In this document: positions 1 through 10,890 of the stretch, one piece after another
Layout: the number at the start of each line of letters is the position of its first letter
How positions within the stretch are numbered: position 1 is the first letter of the stretch
Program-made: the position numbers and the translations under genes
The notes under the pieces: generated by a model
What the model saw: only the letters and a program-made list of their open reading frames with translations
Told to the model about the DNA's origin: nothing
The model's database searches: none
From: Naegleria gruberi
Taxonomy: Eukaryota
DNA: 64,000 nt
Assembly (NCBI GenBank): GCA_000004985.1
Contig: GG738870.1
Reading direction: 5' to 3' (one strand)

Positions 1-858
1 CAAGCAATTTTTCGAATGACCTTGCCATGTAATTGTTTTGGTGCTAACCTCTCTAACTTCATTGTACCTTAAGAAGAAAGTTTGCTGCAGTAAGAAGTCA
101 CTTATTTTGCAACAATTCCAATTGAATCATGTAACAGATTTTGAATTTGGTAGGAGGAGAATGTCGGGCGAAGCACTCCTCAGTTTTGGCATTTTGGATG
201 CGTTATCTTGTTGTCATTATCGTTGGTTAGTGAAACTTCATTGAGTGTTTACTTGCATTTACAGTTTTTTCACATAGAACTGAACAACTTGGACAAAGAT
301 TTGGTAGGTTTAGGATAGATATCGCTGCGACAACCTTCACAACAGTAGTGAATTTTTCTCAGTTTTCTTTAGGTTTTGAATTATTAAATGGATTTCACAT
401 CTTCTAAGCATTTGAAGTTGTGATGGTAGATAAATGCAAAGGTTCAAACATCCAATGAACATTGTTTGTCTATTCGAAAATCTGTCAACATCAAGGATAA
501 AAAGACATGTTATCTAATGTTTCGAATTAACCTTGATTGTAATGATGTTATAACCAATTTATTCTCCTAAAGTCATAATTTGACATAAATTGTTCTGAAC
601 TTTTCGCATAGTTGGTGCAGCTGAGAGAACGACACAAAATTCCTATAAGGCCAAACAATCCAACAAGAAATGGCTGAATAATTCCATCAGATTTTATATC
701 ATTCTTCCAACTCTCATTGTCATTAGCTTAGTATCCTAATTGTTTAAGTAAGCAATTTAACCGACTACAGACACCTCTGTTGTTTGTTAAAAACAGTAGA
801 TGTACTAAGGAAGTTACATTATTCACTCTTCAATTTTTAATTCAGTTCTCATTATTTC

Positions 859-924
859 AAATTCTTAATTGTTGTTCTTTAGAAGAATTTTTAAAAAGAA
901 ATTAAGAACAACAATTAAGAAAAG
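859..924. repeat. Perfect 18-bp inverted repeat (TTCTTAATTGTTGTTCTT at 862..879, reverse complement at 904..921) forming a long hairpin
   Basis: Both arms were read directly. The 24-nt loop is itself A/T-palindromic. The hairpin lies 65-130 nt downstream of the stop codon (988) of the minus-strand WH2 gene. Confidence 0.8.
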
Positions 925-987
925 GCATCTGAAAAGCATTGGGCAAATAAATTATTTATTAATATTTTTTTCTCACATATAGTACAC

Positions 988-2608
988 TTATTTCTTTTGC
1001 ATCTTTGCACGTTGGGCCATAATCATTGACATCATGTCACCACCGCCACCGCCACTACTGACAGGTGGGCTAGAGCTGGCAGAATTACCACCACCACCAC
1101 CACCGCCACTTTTTGGTGGCAATTTTGGAGAATCATCTGGTGGAGTAACCTTACGAAGAGATTTACCGGCACGAATTGAGGCAAGCAAGTCATCTCTACC
1201 ACCACCTGAATCATCTGATGGCATTTCAACAGCAGCTCTTGTTGGAGGAGGTGGAGTATTCTTTGGTGGAGGAGGTGGACTGACACCACTTGGAGGAGGA
1301 GGAACACCACCACCACTTGGAGGAGGTGGAGGTGTACTCTTAACTGGAGGTGGTGGAGGTGGACTACCACTTGACATTGGTGGAGGAGGTGGTGGGCCTG
1401 TATTCATTGGTGGGGGTGGTGGAGTACTCTTCATTGGTGGAGGAGGTGGCATATTGTTCGATTGAAATGGAGGAGGTGGAGTGCCTGTATTCATTGGAGG
1501 AGGTGGAGGTGTGTTCTTAACTGGAGGTGGAGGAGGCATGTTATTTGTAATTGGTGGTGGAGGAGGAGTGCCTGTATTCATTGGTGGTGGAGGAACACTA
1601 TTATTCATTGGTGGAGGTGGAGGATTATTGACATTTGGTGGAGGTGGTCTACTGTTAATTGTTGGTGTTGAAGCAGATGAGAATGATGATTGTCTGCTAT
1701 AAGTACTAACTGGTGAAGAGACACTTGAAGGAGTTCCTGGAGTGAGTGGAATATCCAAACTAACAGGGTTACCCAATAATCCAGCAGATGATCCAGCTCT
1801 ACTTGCAGTTGTGAAATCAGTCTTATTTTGGAAAGTATTGGTTTGATAAGATTGATTACTGGAAGAGCTCATAGTATCACCACTTTCACTCCAATCATTG
1901 AATGAAGCAATATTATTCTTGAAATTTGAAGTTGGTAAATCAATAACCTTCTTCTTAAGACCTGTACGTGATGTTGGTTTGACAGCATGCATTTTGGTCA
2001 ATTCTTCACGACCAGTCATTGAACGTGCTGATTTCAAACGATCATAAATAATTGTCATTTCAGCTCCAATACGATTAATTTCTTGTGATTCTAATTCAAT
2101 CAAAGTTTCCAATTCACGACTTGATGAATCAATAAAAAAGACAACATTCTAATATAAATTATTATCATAATATCATAATATCAAAAACAACCATCGAGCG
2201 GAGAGGAAAGTTTAAAACCATCAATTTTCAATTAAAATAACAACAAAAAGTTTACCATCATTCAGCACCACATTAAATCATCATCGTCATCAACAAACAC
2301 AGCAAAGGATTAACGACAATTGTTTGTAGTTTTTGGCGGGAACAAATCAATTGGTTTGTTAAAATAAAGAACACAACACAGACGCAACATGTTGTTAGCC
2401 TTCCTTTTGCTTTAAAAAAACTTACAGTTAAAACGGCGGCAAGATAATCTTTGGTTTTTTCAAAAGTTCCTTCCTTGTCGCTATTTTGATAATTGTAACA
2501 ACACCAATTGATAATTTCGCCAATCTTCTTTTCTGTTTGTTCCAACTTGGCGATTTCTTCAGGTGTTTTGTTCAGCTGCTCGATGAGCTGCTGATTGAGT
2601 TGAGACAT
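988..2608 (-). CDS. Proline-rich WH2-domain actin-regulatory protein (FH1-like polyproline tracts plus a single C-terminal WH2 motif); 2 exons
   Basis: The ATG sits at 2608 and exon 1 (2426..2608) ends ...LAAVLT at a GTAAGT donor. A roughly 277-nt intron ends at a TAG acceptor (2149-2150), and exon 2 is 988..2148 at phase 0. The ORF-track 'M' at 2112 is TTG and is internal. Exon 2 encodes a Ser-rich linker, about 15 PPPP(P) runs (profilin/SH3-binding type) and a C-terminal WH2 consensus (LLASIRAGKSLRKV), with no acidic CA tail. The ORFs 1034..1465(+), 1032..1370(-) and 1462..1702(+) are off-frame or antisense readings of the same Pro-codon repeats. Confidence 0.6.
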
Positions 2609-2734
2609 TTTTTAATTAAATATTTTTTATTAAAATTTTTTTCAATCAAATGTCAATCCACTTTTTGACAGCCCATTTGTTCTAATTTCCAACACAATAC
2701 CCCAAATCTTTTTACAAAGATATTTATTGGTTGA

Positions 2735-3665
2735 CTACAAATTTGAAATAATGAATTGTCTCAATCCTTCTTTATCAAATCCTTCACCTGTTGGTAAAAT
2801 GTGTCTTTTTGGATGTGAAATTTGAATGCTGTCATTTTGTTCAAACCAATCATTGGCCAAAGCTTGAGACATTGCTGGAGTGATAACCTCATCATTCATC
2901 CCGTAAATATGAAGAGATTTTAGACAACCACCAATCTTCTTTCCATTATTCAATAAAACTTTCATAATTTGCTGAATTTGAATTGCCTTTGCTTTGAATC
3001 CTCCAACAAGAATTATAAATTTCAAATTACATTGTACAATTTCATTGCCATCAATTATTTTCCTCTCAAAGAATGTTTCTCTAATTGCCTTAATGACATT
3101 TTCAAAATCCAAATCATCATCGTCATCTTTAACAATTTCAAAAAATGATTTTGGTAAATGATCTCTATTTAATAATCCATAATGTTCCAAAGTAATGAGT
3201 ATGGATACAGTGGAAACTATCATAGCTCCCTATTAAATTCAAACACAATTTGCACAAAATTCAAATAAATTCTTGCTTTCTTAGATAAATGAGATTACTC
3301 ACCTGAGAAAATCCAAGCAAACCATCCACAATATTTCCTTCCATTCTTTGATTTTTAATATAATCTGTGAGGTAAATGATTGCCTTCCTCCAACTTCCAT
3401 AGACAGTTCTATCCAAGTTTGGTTTTATCCATGTTCTATAACATTCTCTATTTTCTTTTGCATATTCCAATTGTTCCGAAGTCAATTCTGCAACTAGTGG
3501 AGCATCAGGAAATAAAAACTTTTTAATCGGAGTTGATTTGATTTGTTTCAAGAAGGCTAAACTTTTCTCTTCAAAGATTTTTCCATTCTGTAACCAGCCG
3601 TGTATCATGACTAGAGATTTTGTGGAATTTCGTGATGAGGTTGCTGTAGTTGGTTGTGTTTGCAT
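2735..3665 (-). CDS. FSH1/OVCA2-family serine hydrolase; 2 exons
   Basis: Exon 1 is 3302..3665 (ATG at 3665) and ends ...LLGFSQ at a GTGAGT donor. A 72-nt intron follows, and after a TAG acceptor exon 2 (2735..3229) begins GAMIVS..., which restores the nucleophile elbow G-F-S-Q-G-A split across the intron. The whole protein aligns to the FSH1/OVCA2 alpha/beta-hydrolase family. Confidence 0.8.
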
Positions 3666-3722
3666 TTTTTTTCAAGTTGGAAATTCATTGTAAAATTGTG
3701 CGTCCTCAAACCGAGAGTAATA

Positions 3723-5619
3723 CTATTTCCTCATGAGTTTATTGAATCGATTGAGGAGAAGATTCTTATTGGAAGAGGAAGAAGGACTGGTTGAAAGAGT
3801 GGGTTGAGTTTGTTCGAGTGAGTTTCTTGTTGGACTGTTGGTGGCAGAAGAAGATGATGATGCATTGGTTTCTCTTACTAGCTCTTCAAATTCCTTTTCT
3901 ATGGCAGCATCTATTTGTATCTCCTGGTCTTGATTTGATGAACTGTCTGAGAATGTGGTTATGTGTAAAAGAGCTGTCTTGATTAGTGAAATAGCATCCC
4001 AATGAGTGTTATCGAATAGGAATATCGTCTTGTTGTTAATGTCATGGGAAAAATCTATTGCCAAATCAAAGATTGCATATATAGAAGAAATGTTTGCTTT
4101 GAGAATAATGTACATGATTACTGGAAGGAGTTTTTGCTCGTAATCTCTTTCTTGAATGTGCTTTACATGCTTCTTTACAACTTCAGTAAGCATGTAGTAT
4201 ACATCTTTGCAAATAATGATTTTGTCACTGATAATTTCCTTCTTGGTTATTTCCTTAAATTTGCTAATGATTGGTTGATATTCTCCCTCTAAACAGAGGT
4301 CATATTCTGCGCCTAGATCAACAAGAGACAACCCTCTGAGTTCAGAAATTCTTTTACAAACCAGTTTGGCTTCATCTTTTTGCATATATAGCTCAGTTAA
4401 CTCTTTTTCAATTTTGGAAACAACTGCTTGGCAAATCACACTATAGAGTACATTCTTGTGTTTTGAAAGGTGTGGATAATGCTTCCAAGAAGATGCTTCA
4501 GTAAGGTGCTGTGTCAAATTTACACAAAACTCCTTTACATACAATGCTGAAAAGTCAGGTGTTATGAGAGACATCTCTGAGGAGCTGAATTCATTTCTAA
4601 ATTTACGAGTAAAGCTTTCGAATACAGAAGAAAGAGGGTGATTATCCATATTTTCAATGTTGAGTATATAGCCCAATAAAAAGTAATATAATTCTTGCTC
4701 TTCATGAATATTTGATAATTGTGCAAGCCAGTTCTTTTCATATTCCTCATTTTCATATGACATTTTGTGTTCATGATAATTTTCCATAATGAATTGAATC
4801 CACAATGTATCACATCCATTACTTTTCAATATTTCTTTAGGTCCAACATCAAAATACTCTTCCATTATTTCATTTTCTGAAATTCCAGGTCCATCAACAG
4901 TAACATTCATATTTGATTGTTCTAATTCTTGATTATAATAAGTGGCTCTAAGTGTATCAATATCAAACAATTCCTTTTCAATTTGTTCTCTAATTTTACT
5001 CTTTTCTTGGAATTTTCTTTTCATTTTCAAATAATTCTTTTCATTTCAATTAATTTATCCATTCAATAATTTTACTTACATCTCCACTTTGATTTGATTC
5101 ATTGATTTTTTTCACTAATTCTGCTTGTTCGTTATCTAATTTAATTAATTTTAATCTTGTCATGTTAAATTGATCATTTAACTGGTCAATTTGTGAATTA
5201 AATACTTTCTCTTCATGATGTTTTACAATGCCAAAATATTCTGGTCTCTTTTGTGATGATAATGTTGCACCAACATTAGATGTACCAATACTAGTAGAAG
5301 TAGTTGGATTTTTAACAATATTTAACAATGCAAGTACTCTTTCAGTACACTTTTCATAAATCATTTTCAAACTAGCCAATTGATTCACTGACAAGTGTTG
5401 AATCAACTCTCTAGATTGTAAAATTGATCCGATCGATTGCACAGCCAAACCATAATGTTGTAAAGCCTCCAAAGGCTGCAAATTACCTTCCTCTAATTTT
5501 AATCCCAAATGCACTTGTTCATAAATTTGTTTTAGATATTGATCAATAATAGGTCCCGATGATGATGGCGTTGATGAAGATGGAGAGGAGTAATTGTGTT
5601 GTGGTTGTTGGGAGGACAT
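3723..5619 (-). CDS. VPS9-domain protein (Rab5-family GEF-like); probably 2 exons
   Basis: The downstream ORF 3723..5030 contains a clear VPS9 signature (KLLPVIMYIILKANISSIYAIFDLAIDF). The upstream ORF 5050..5619 (ATG 5619) ends ...SGD at a GTAAGT donor (exon 1 ends at 5080). A 43-nt intron with an AAG acceptor gives exon 2 (3723..5036) starting NYLKMKRKFQEK at phase 0. The alternative reading is two adjacent genes 19 bp apart. Confidence 0.6.
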
Positions 5620-5938
5620 TCAATGAGGTTCAACTTATTTTTTTTTACAGTTCTATTTATTCCTTTTCTAAAGTGATTCTAATTGGAATTTGTTCATTCA
5701 ATTAATGTTTGTTTAATATTAATTGTGAAAATAGAACTTGAAAGGAGATGGATTAAGGTTGAGGAATTTGGCTTCTTCTTCTGGTTAATAGCATTTAATT
5801 AAGCTTGTCATTGAAATATCTCATGTCAAAAAAATCCAATTTTAATGCACTCATATTCTATTGGATAGATTTTGATTGACCAAATACTTTCTATTAATAT
5901 TTGGCTTATCTGATTCTTACAATGCACACCATAAAAAA

Positions 5939-7171
5939 ATGATCAAAAGTATCAAACAGCAACATTCAATGGCAAAGTTCATGATGAAAACAACTGCCAA
6001 TCAAAATGTAATGATTTTTCATCAAGCCAAGCAGCAAGGTTTTCATCAAAACGTAAAACTTGCAAATAATCAAAATGCTCAACTCTCACATTTGGTGATC
6101 GGAGGAGGTTCTGGATTTTTAGGTAAACAAGTTTTGAAACAATTGTTAAAATCACACAAAGGTGCTGCTGGTGATGGTTTCACTCAATTTCAGGATGAAT
6201 TGTCAAATCTTTCACAAATTACAATAATTTCAAGAAATCCAAAAGAAACTAAACTTGCATTAGAAAAAGAATTGAAAAATTTGAATTTGGAAAAGAATAG
6301 TTTAATTCAAATTGGTGTAAAGAATTGGAAAGATGATGATTCAGTTTTTCTGTTCAATCATCAAATATTTGATGAGAAGGAAACTTATGGACGTGATAAG
6401 AAAGTTGCTGCTATTAATTTGAGTGGTGTTTCTATTGGAAAGCAAAGTTGGACTCCCAAATATAGAAAGGAAATATTCGAATCTAGAACCAAAACTACTT
6501 TGGATTTGATTCAATATTTGGATTCATTTGGTGAAAGTGCTAGTACATTTATTGGAACATCTGCTGTTGGTTTTTATCCATGCACCACTGATGGAAACCA
6601 AACTAATGTTTACACTGAAGATTTGACAACTCCTGCCAACAATCAATTTGGTGAGCTCACTAATGCAGTTGAAGAAGCCATCAAAAACACAAATTCCAAC
6701 AATATCAAAAACAAGATTATCATGAGACCAGGTGTTTTAATTGGTAAAGGAGGAGGTGTTTTAAATGACATGATGGTTCCATATATTGGATTGGCTATTC
6801 CAATAGTTTTTGGAAATGGAAATCAACCATTTAGTTGTATCCATCTTGAAGATGCTGCAAATATGTACATTCACGCATTATATCAAAACTTTAATTCCCA
6901 AAATAAGCAAGTTGCAATTTACAATACTGTAATGCCTGAATTGGTCAATTTCAAACAATTTGTAAAGTGTTTGAATTCCAAAGCAAATCCATTCTCGTTC
7001 CCACTTATTCCATTCCCTTACTCAATTGTAAAGACTATCTTTGGTAAGGAGAGAGCTCAATTATTATGTGAAGGCCAATTCGTCCTTCCTGCAAGAGCTC
7101 AACAAGAAAATTTCCAATTTAAATATCCAACTCTTGATTCAATGATTGAACAAGTCACCTCACGCAAATAA
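5939..7171 (+). CDS. NAD(P)-binding epimerase-family protein (YfcH/SDR39U1-like with DUF1731-type C-terminus), probably mitochondrial
   Basis: This is a single long ORF (the track starts it at a TTG at 5876; the first ATG is 5939). It has a Rossmann motif VIGGGSGFLGKQVLKQLL near the N-terminus and a conserved C-terminal region of the TIGR01777/SDR39U1 type. The basic N-terminus resembles a targeting peptide. Confidence 0.7.
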   Translation: MIKSIKQQHSMAKFMMKTTANQNVMIFHQAKQQGFHQNVKLANNQNAQLSHLVIGGGSGFLGKQVLKQLLKSHKGAAGDGFTQFQDELSNLSQITIISRNPKETKLALEKELKNLNLEKNSLIQIGVKNWKDDDSVFLFNHQIFDEKETYGRDKKVAAINLSGVSIGKQSWTPKYRKEIFESRTKTTLDLIQYLDSFGESASTFIGTSAVGFYPCTTDGNQTNVYTEDLTTPANNQFGELTNAVEEAIKNTNSNNIKNKIIMRPGVLIGKGGGVLNDMMVPYIGLAIPIVFGNGNQPFSCIHLEDAANMYIHALYQNFNSQNKQVAIYNTVMPELVNFKQFVKCLNSKANPFSFPLIPFPYSIVKTIFGKERAQLLCEGQFVLPARAQQENFQFKYPTLDSMIEQVTSRK

Positions 7172-7278
7172 TCATCCAAAATATTCTATTCAACTTTCAT
7201 TGACAATGTGAATTATAGGGATCTTTACAATATATAAACACCGGGTTACTCTAGAAAAGTTTTCTTTAGTTTTTTTAT

Positions 7279-7936
7279 TTACAAAATATTGCAAGTCTTC
7301 TTTTTGGTTTTATCATTAATTCTCTGATTCTCCACCACTTCTTCATGCATATATGCCTTAATCACTTGTTCGAAAACTTCCTTAACTCCCTCCTGTGTCA
7401 ATGCACTACTTTCCATAAAGGCAAATGCACCCGTTTCCTTAGCGAGATTCATTCCTTCTTGTGTGGTGACTGGTTTCATTTCACGTTCTTCGAGGCATCG
7501 AAGGAAATCTTCATTCGTCCTTAAATCTTTCTTGGTTCCAACGAGGACGAAAGGTGTATGAGGATTGTGGTATTTAATTTCCTTTATCCATTTAGTTTGG
7601 ACATTGGAAAAACTATCTGGATTGACTGTGCTATATGTTACAAGGAAAACATCTGTATCTGGATAAGAAAGTGGACGAATTCGATCATAACTAAGTTTCG
7701 AAAAAAATTAATCAATAAAGAAGTGACTTTCTAACTTACTCTTCCTGACCAGCTGTGTCCCACATGGAAATCAACACAACTTCATTATTGTACTTTGTAT
7801 TTGCACTGTAATTATCAAAAACTGTTGGAATATAGCTGTCATCTGCTATTTTACCAAAAGCATAGCTCATTAACAGCATTGTTTTACCAACTGCACCATC
7901 TCCAACGCATACACATTTAATATTGATATCAGACAT
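7279..7936 (-). CDS. Rho-family small GTPase (Rac-like), CAAX = CNIL; 2 exons
   Basis: Exon 1 is 7740..7936 ([19 protein letters not shown]...WDTAGQE) and ends at phase 2 on a GTAAGT donor. A 49-nt intron (7691..7739) with a TAG acceptor gives exon 2 (7279..7690), which completes the invariant [17 protein letters not shown] motif. The C-terminus is KKKTCNIL, a geranylgeranyl CAAX box. Confidence 0.9.
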
Positions 7937-8242
7937 TTTGTTGTTATTGTTTTGAAGATTGAAAACCTAAGCATGCTACAGGATTTATGCCAAATGTCAA
8001 CTTGATACTGTTCCTTGTTCAATTATTTGAAAATTGAACTCATCTTACAAAAAATTGTGCCGCCCAAATGTAATTAAATAATGCTTGTTTTTGTACTATT
8101 TCTTTTCCACGATGGGGAATTGGCCAAATAAAAAAGTATGTGTTTTTTCATTAGTATTTGTGGATGAAGAGAGATTTTGATTTCCTAACAAATCTTGAGA
8201 TTGTAAAACTCACAATAAAACAATTTAACCAGATTTAAAAAA

Positions 8243-9508
8243 ATGGCTGAAAACAAGAAGCGCCTCTATTCCCAAACTTTTGATAGTCAACAAGAAGAAA
8301 CGGCATTAGATGAAACCTCCTCCGATCTAACAACCTTTCTTATAAACCACTACAATTATTCGAATCCCTCTTCCAGTGATGAAAGCAATCATTCTAACCC
8401 CTTTCTCAAATATCGTAAATTATCTAATGTTGTAATCAAAACAACTTTCAAGGATTTTTATTTAAATGATTTTATTGCAAAAAGAAGCGGGCTTTTAAGA
8501 AAGATGATTGATTCGAATAGTGAGTGGAATTTAGGTAAAGATGAAGAAGGAAGATTTATTATTGATTTGTGTCAAGTTCAAGATTCAATTGTGAGCAAAG
8601 ACGAAATTTTGGAAGAATCTGATTTTGAAATTATTTTCAAATATTTGTATTCTGATAAAATTGATGAACGGATTTGTGTTGGTGAAAATGGGGATTTCGA
8701 ACAGGCAAGGAGAATTGTTCAGCTCACAAAATATTTTGACATGAATTACATGTTAAAATCAATGTTGGATAGGAATAGTGGATTAATGGAGGATTTTTGT
8801 AGAATACAAGTTAAATCTTGGATGGAATTCAAGTTGACTGAAGAAGATTACTTTTTATTATTAAGATCGATAGAGGGAGAACAACCCTCAATAGAGCTTG
8901 CCAATTTAATATGTCAAGAATCAGAATTTCCATTTGATTGGAAATGTTATGTGTTAATTGAAGCAATCAAGACTCAAAATGGAATTGATGATATTAACCA
9001 GATTACAAAAGAAATGTTACAACCTGTTGAAAGGTCAATTGAATACATCAAGAATGAATCCAAGCGTGTTATCAAAGGTGGTCATTTTTTTACTAAACAC
9101 AAACAAATGGCTGAAATATTAGGAATACAGAACGAGGAAATAGATTACAAATCACTTCATTTAATCAATCAAACTACCCAATTTACACAATATTACAGTA
9201 CTTATTTTGAAAAAGAGCACCATTTTGAATTATTTGGTGGTGGGTTGAAAGTTTCTATTGAGAAAGCTGGAAGTCAATCATGGAACTATTTTCTTTCGAA
9301 AAATTTTGGTAATCAGGATGACAATGTTAAGGTAATATTCTATTACACAGTAGATGATGGCAAGACAATCAAAAAGGAAAGCTTTTTTTCTAAATATTGC
9401 AGGTGCGATTTTGATCTTGATAATGAAGAAGTGGTGTTTGGATTGTTGGTAATTTTAAATGTTCATGAGGGAAGGAAATCCACTAAAAATCCAACTTGCT
9501 TCTTGTAA
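8243..9508 (+). CDS. BTB/POZ-domain protein (BTB plus BACK-like helical region)
   Basis: This is a single ORF with its ATG at 8243. It has a BTB-type pattern (VVIKTTFKDFYLNDFIAKRSGLLRKMI...RFIIDLCQV...FEIIFKYLYSDKID), and the remainder is helical with no other recognisable domain. Confidence 0.55.
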   Translation: MAENKKRLYSQTFDSQQEETALDETSSDLTTFLINHYNYSNPSSSDESNHSNPFLKYRKLSNVVIKTTFKDFYLNDFIAKRSGLLRKMIDSNSEWNLGKDEEGRFIIDLCQVQDSIVSKDEILEESDFEIIFKYLYSDKIDERICVGENGDFEQARRIVQLTKYFDMNYMLKSMLDRNSGLMEDFCRIQVKSWMEFKLTEEDYFLLLRSIEGEQPSIELANLICQESEFPFDWKCYVLIEAIKTQNGIDDINQITKEMLQPVERSIEYIKNESKRVIKGGHFFTKHKQMAEILGIQNEEIDYKSLHLINQTTQFTQYYSTYFEKEHHFELFGGGLKVSIEKAGSQSWNYFLSKNFGNQDDNVKVIFYYTVDDGKTIKKESFFSKYCRCDFDLDNEEVVFGLLVILNVHEGRKSTKNPTCFL

Positions 9509-9545
9509 AACAATTAATAGCCAATTTAGGAAATTTTTAAATAAT

Positions 9546-10180
9546 TTAATCAAATTTTGAATATGGGTGCGGTTTGATACCTGAACGTGACATGATCATC
9601 TTCTTTGACCAATCTTTATCCTTTTGTGACATGCAGAATGCTTGATATCTAAATGTTGTATCCTCACAAACCTGTTTAGAAGCAACTGTATAATAAGTAT
9701 GGAAAAATGGTAATAAAGCAGAAACCAAAGATAATGCAACTGAAAAATAGATTACTTTAAATCCTCTCGTAAAAGCTGTTTGTGTACTAATGTGATGAAG
9801 TTGTGGTGTTTTGAAGTACCATGGATAAAGGAATGAAACACCCAGTCCAAATGCTGTAGGTCCAAATATGTTAAATGATAAATTTCTAGTTTGTTTCAAT
9901 TTTTGAATTAATTCAAAATCTAATGGAAATAATTCCTTAAATTTATCCATAGTACTCTGTGATACTTCCAAATTGTCTCCTAACCATCTATATGTTTGAA
10001 AATGTTCATACGATTTAAATACTAAATATCCAAAACTTATAAAGTATCCTGTCAAATACTAAATTTTGACAATTAATTATCAAGTAATTTGAAAAATACC
10101 TTATGAATATGGGTGAGAGAACTCACCATTCTCTTATTTCTAAGTGCCCATAAATCTTGTAATTTACCAGGTTGAGACAT
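9546..10180 (-). CDS. Small predicted membrane protein (about 189 aa); 2 exons
   Basis: The ATG is at 10180 and exon 1 (10127..10180) reads MSQPGKLQDLWALRNKRM before a GTGAGT donor. A 68-nt intron with a TAG acceptor gives exon 2 (9546..10058) at phase 0. There are two or three hydrophobic segments (GPTAFGLGVSFLYPWYF, VIYFSVALSLVSALLPFF). I assign no family. Confidence 0.45.
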
Positions 10181-10890
10181 TTTCCGTCCTTTTTTTGCAA
10201 TCCAATTTTTAAATATTTAATATCTTGTTGATGATGACGATAATGGTGAAACTCCACACAACTATCAAGATGATTGTTTTTTATTGTCCGAGTAATAATT
10301 GAAGGCGAGTGCAAGTGAATGGTCAATCAAATTGGCGCCTATAGCTTGTTATCCATACTCTCAATTTTTTTGTTTGGTGAGTAACAAGCATAGCAGATTG
10401 AAATTCATCATCGTAAAAAGAATAGTGAAAAACTTCAATATCTTAAAGTCTTAATCTCCAACCCTTGGGTCATTGGAAGTTGTGGAGAAAATTTTTTCAT
10501 CTTCTTCATTGAAACGTTCTTAATATTGTTATTTAGTATTTTCAATTTCTAAATGGTGTTCATTGAGATGTTGTGTATTGAATTCCTTGGCAGAGAATTA
10601 CTTCAAACTCCAATTTTAAAGCAACAAACAGAAGCAATAATAAGCAGACATGGGGTGATAAATGGTTACCACAAAATGTTGAGCCAAGAACAATCAGATG
10701 AAAGAAGAAAAGATAAAATGCCCTTTGCAAAAAAATTTCAAAACACCCGCCATAACCCTCTGATTTTTGCTTGTTTCAAAGCTTTGCTTAGTTTTGGTGA
10801 AGAAAATATAGCAATATAATCACACAATATTTAATTACAACAACAACAACAATTATTTATATACTGTAAAAATTAATAGGAATATCCATC

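Noticed and set aside
1032-1702. The track ORFs 1034..1465(+), 1032..1370(-), 1462..1671(+) and 1481..1702(+) encode poly-Gly, poly-Trp/Arg or poly-Val/His peptides.
   Set aside because: They are alternative-frame or antisense readings of the Pro-codon repeat DNA of the minus-strand WH2 gene. Only the 988..2148 minus frame continues into conserved non-repetitive sequence and a WH2 motif.
5876-5938. The ORF-track starts with 'M' at TTG or GTG codons, for example 5876, 2112, 11130, 14609, 20281, 25159, 46028, 49826 and 50872.
   Set aside because: The ORF finder evidently allows alternative starts. In each case the upstream in-frame sequence is either an exon continuation reached by a canonical intron or untranslated. 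I used the first in-frame ATG or the splice-defined boundary instead.
10553-10819. An 88-aa ORF sits in the 710-bp spacer between the membrane-protein gene and importin.
   Set aside because: It has no homology, it starts at the first ATG of a short frame, and its composition is not clearly coding. It could be a real small gene or uORF, but I cannot support it from sequence alone.
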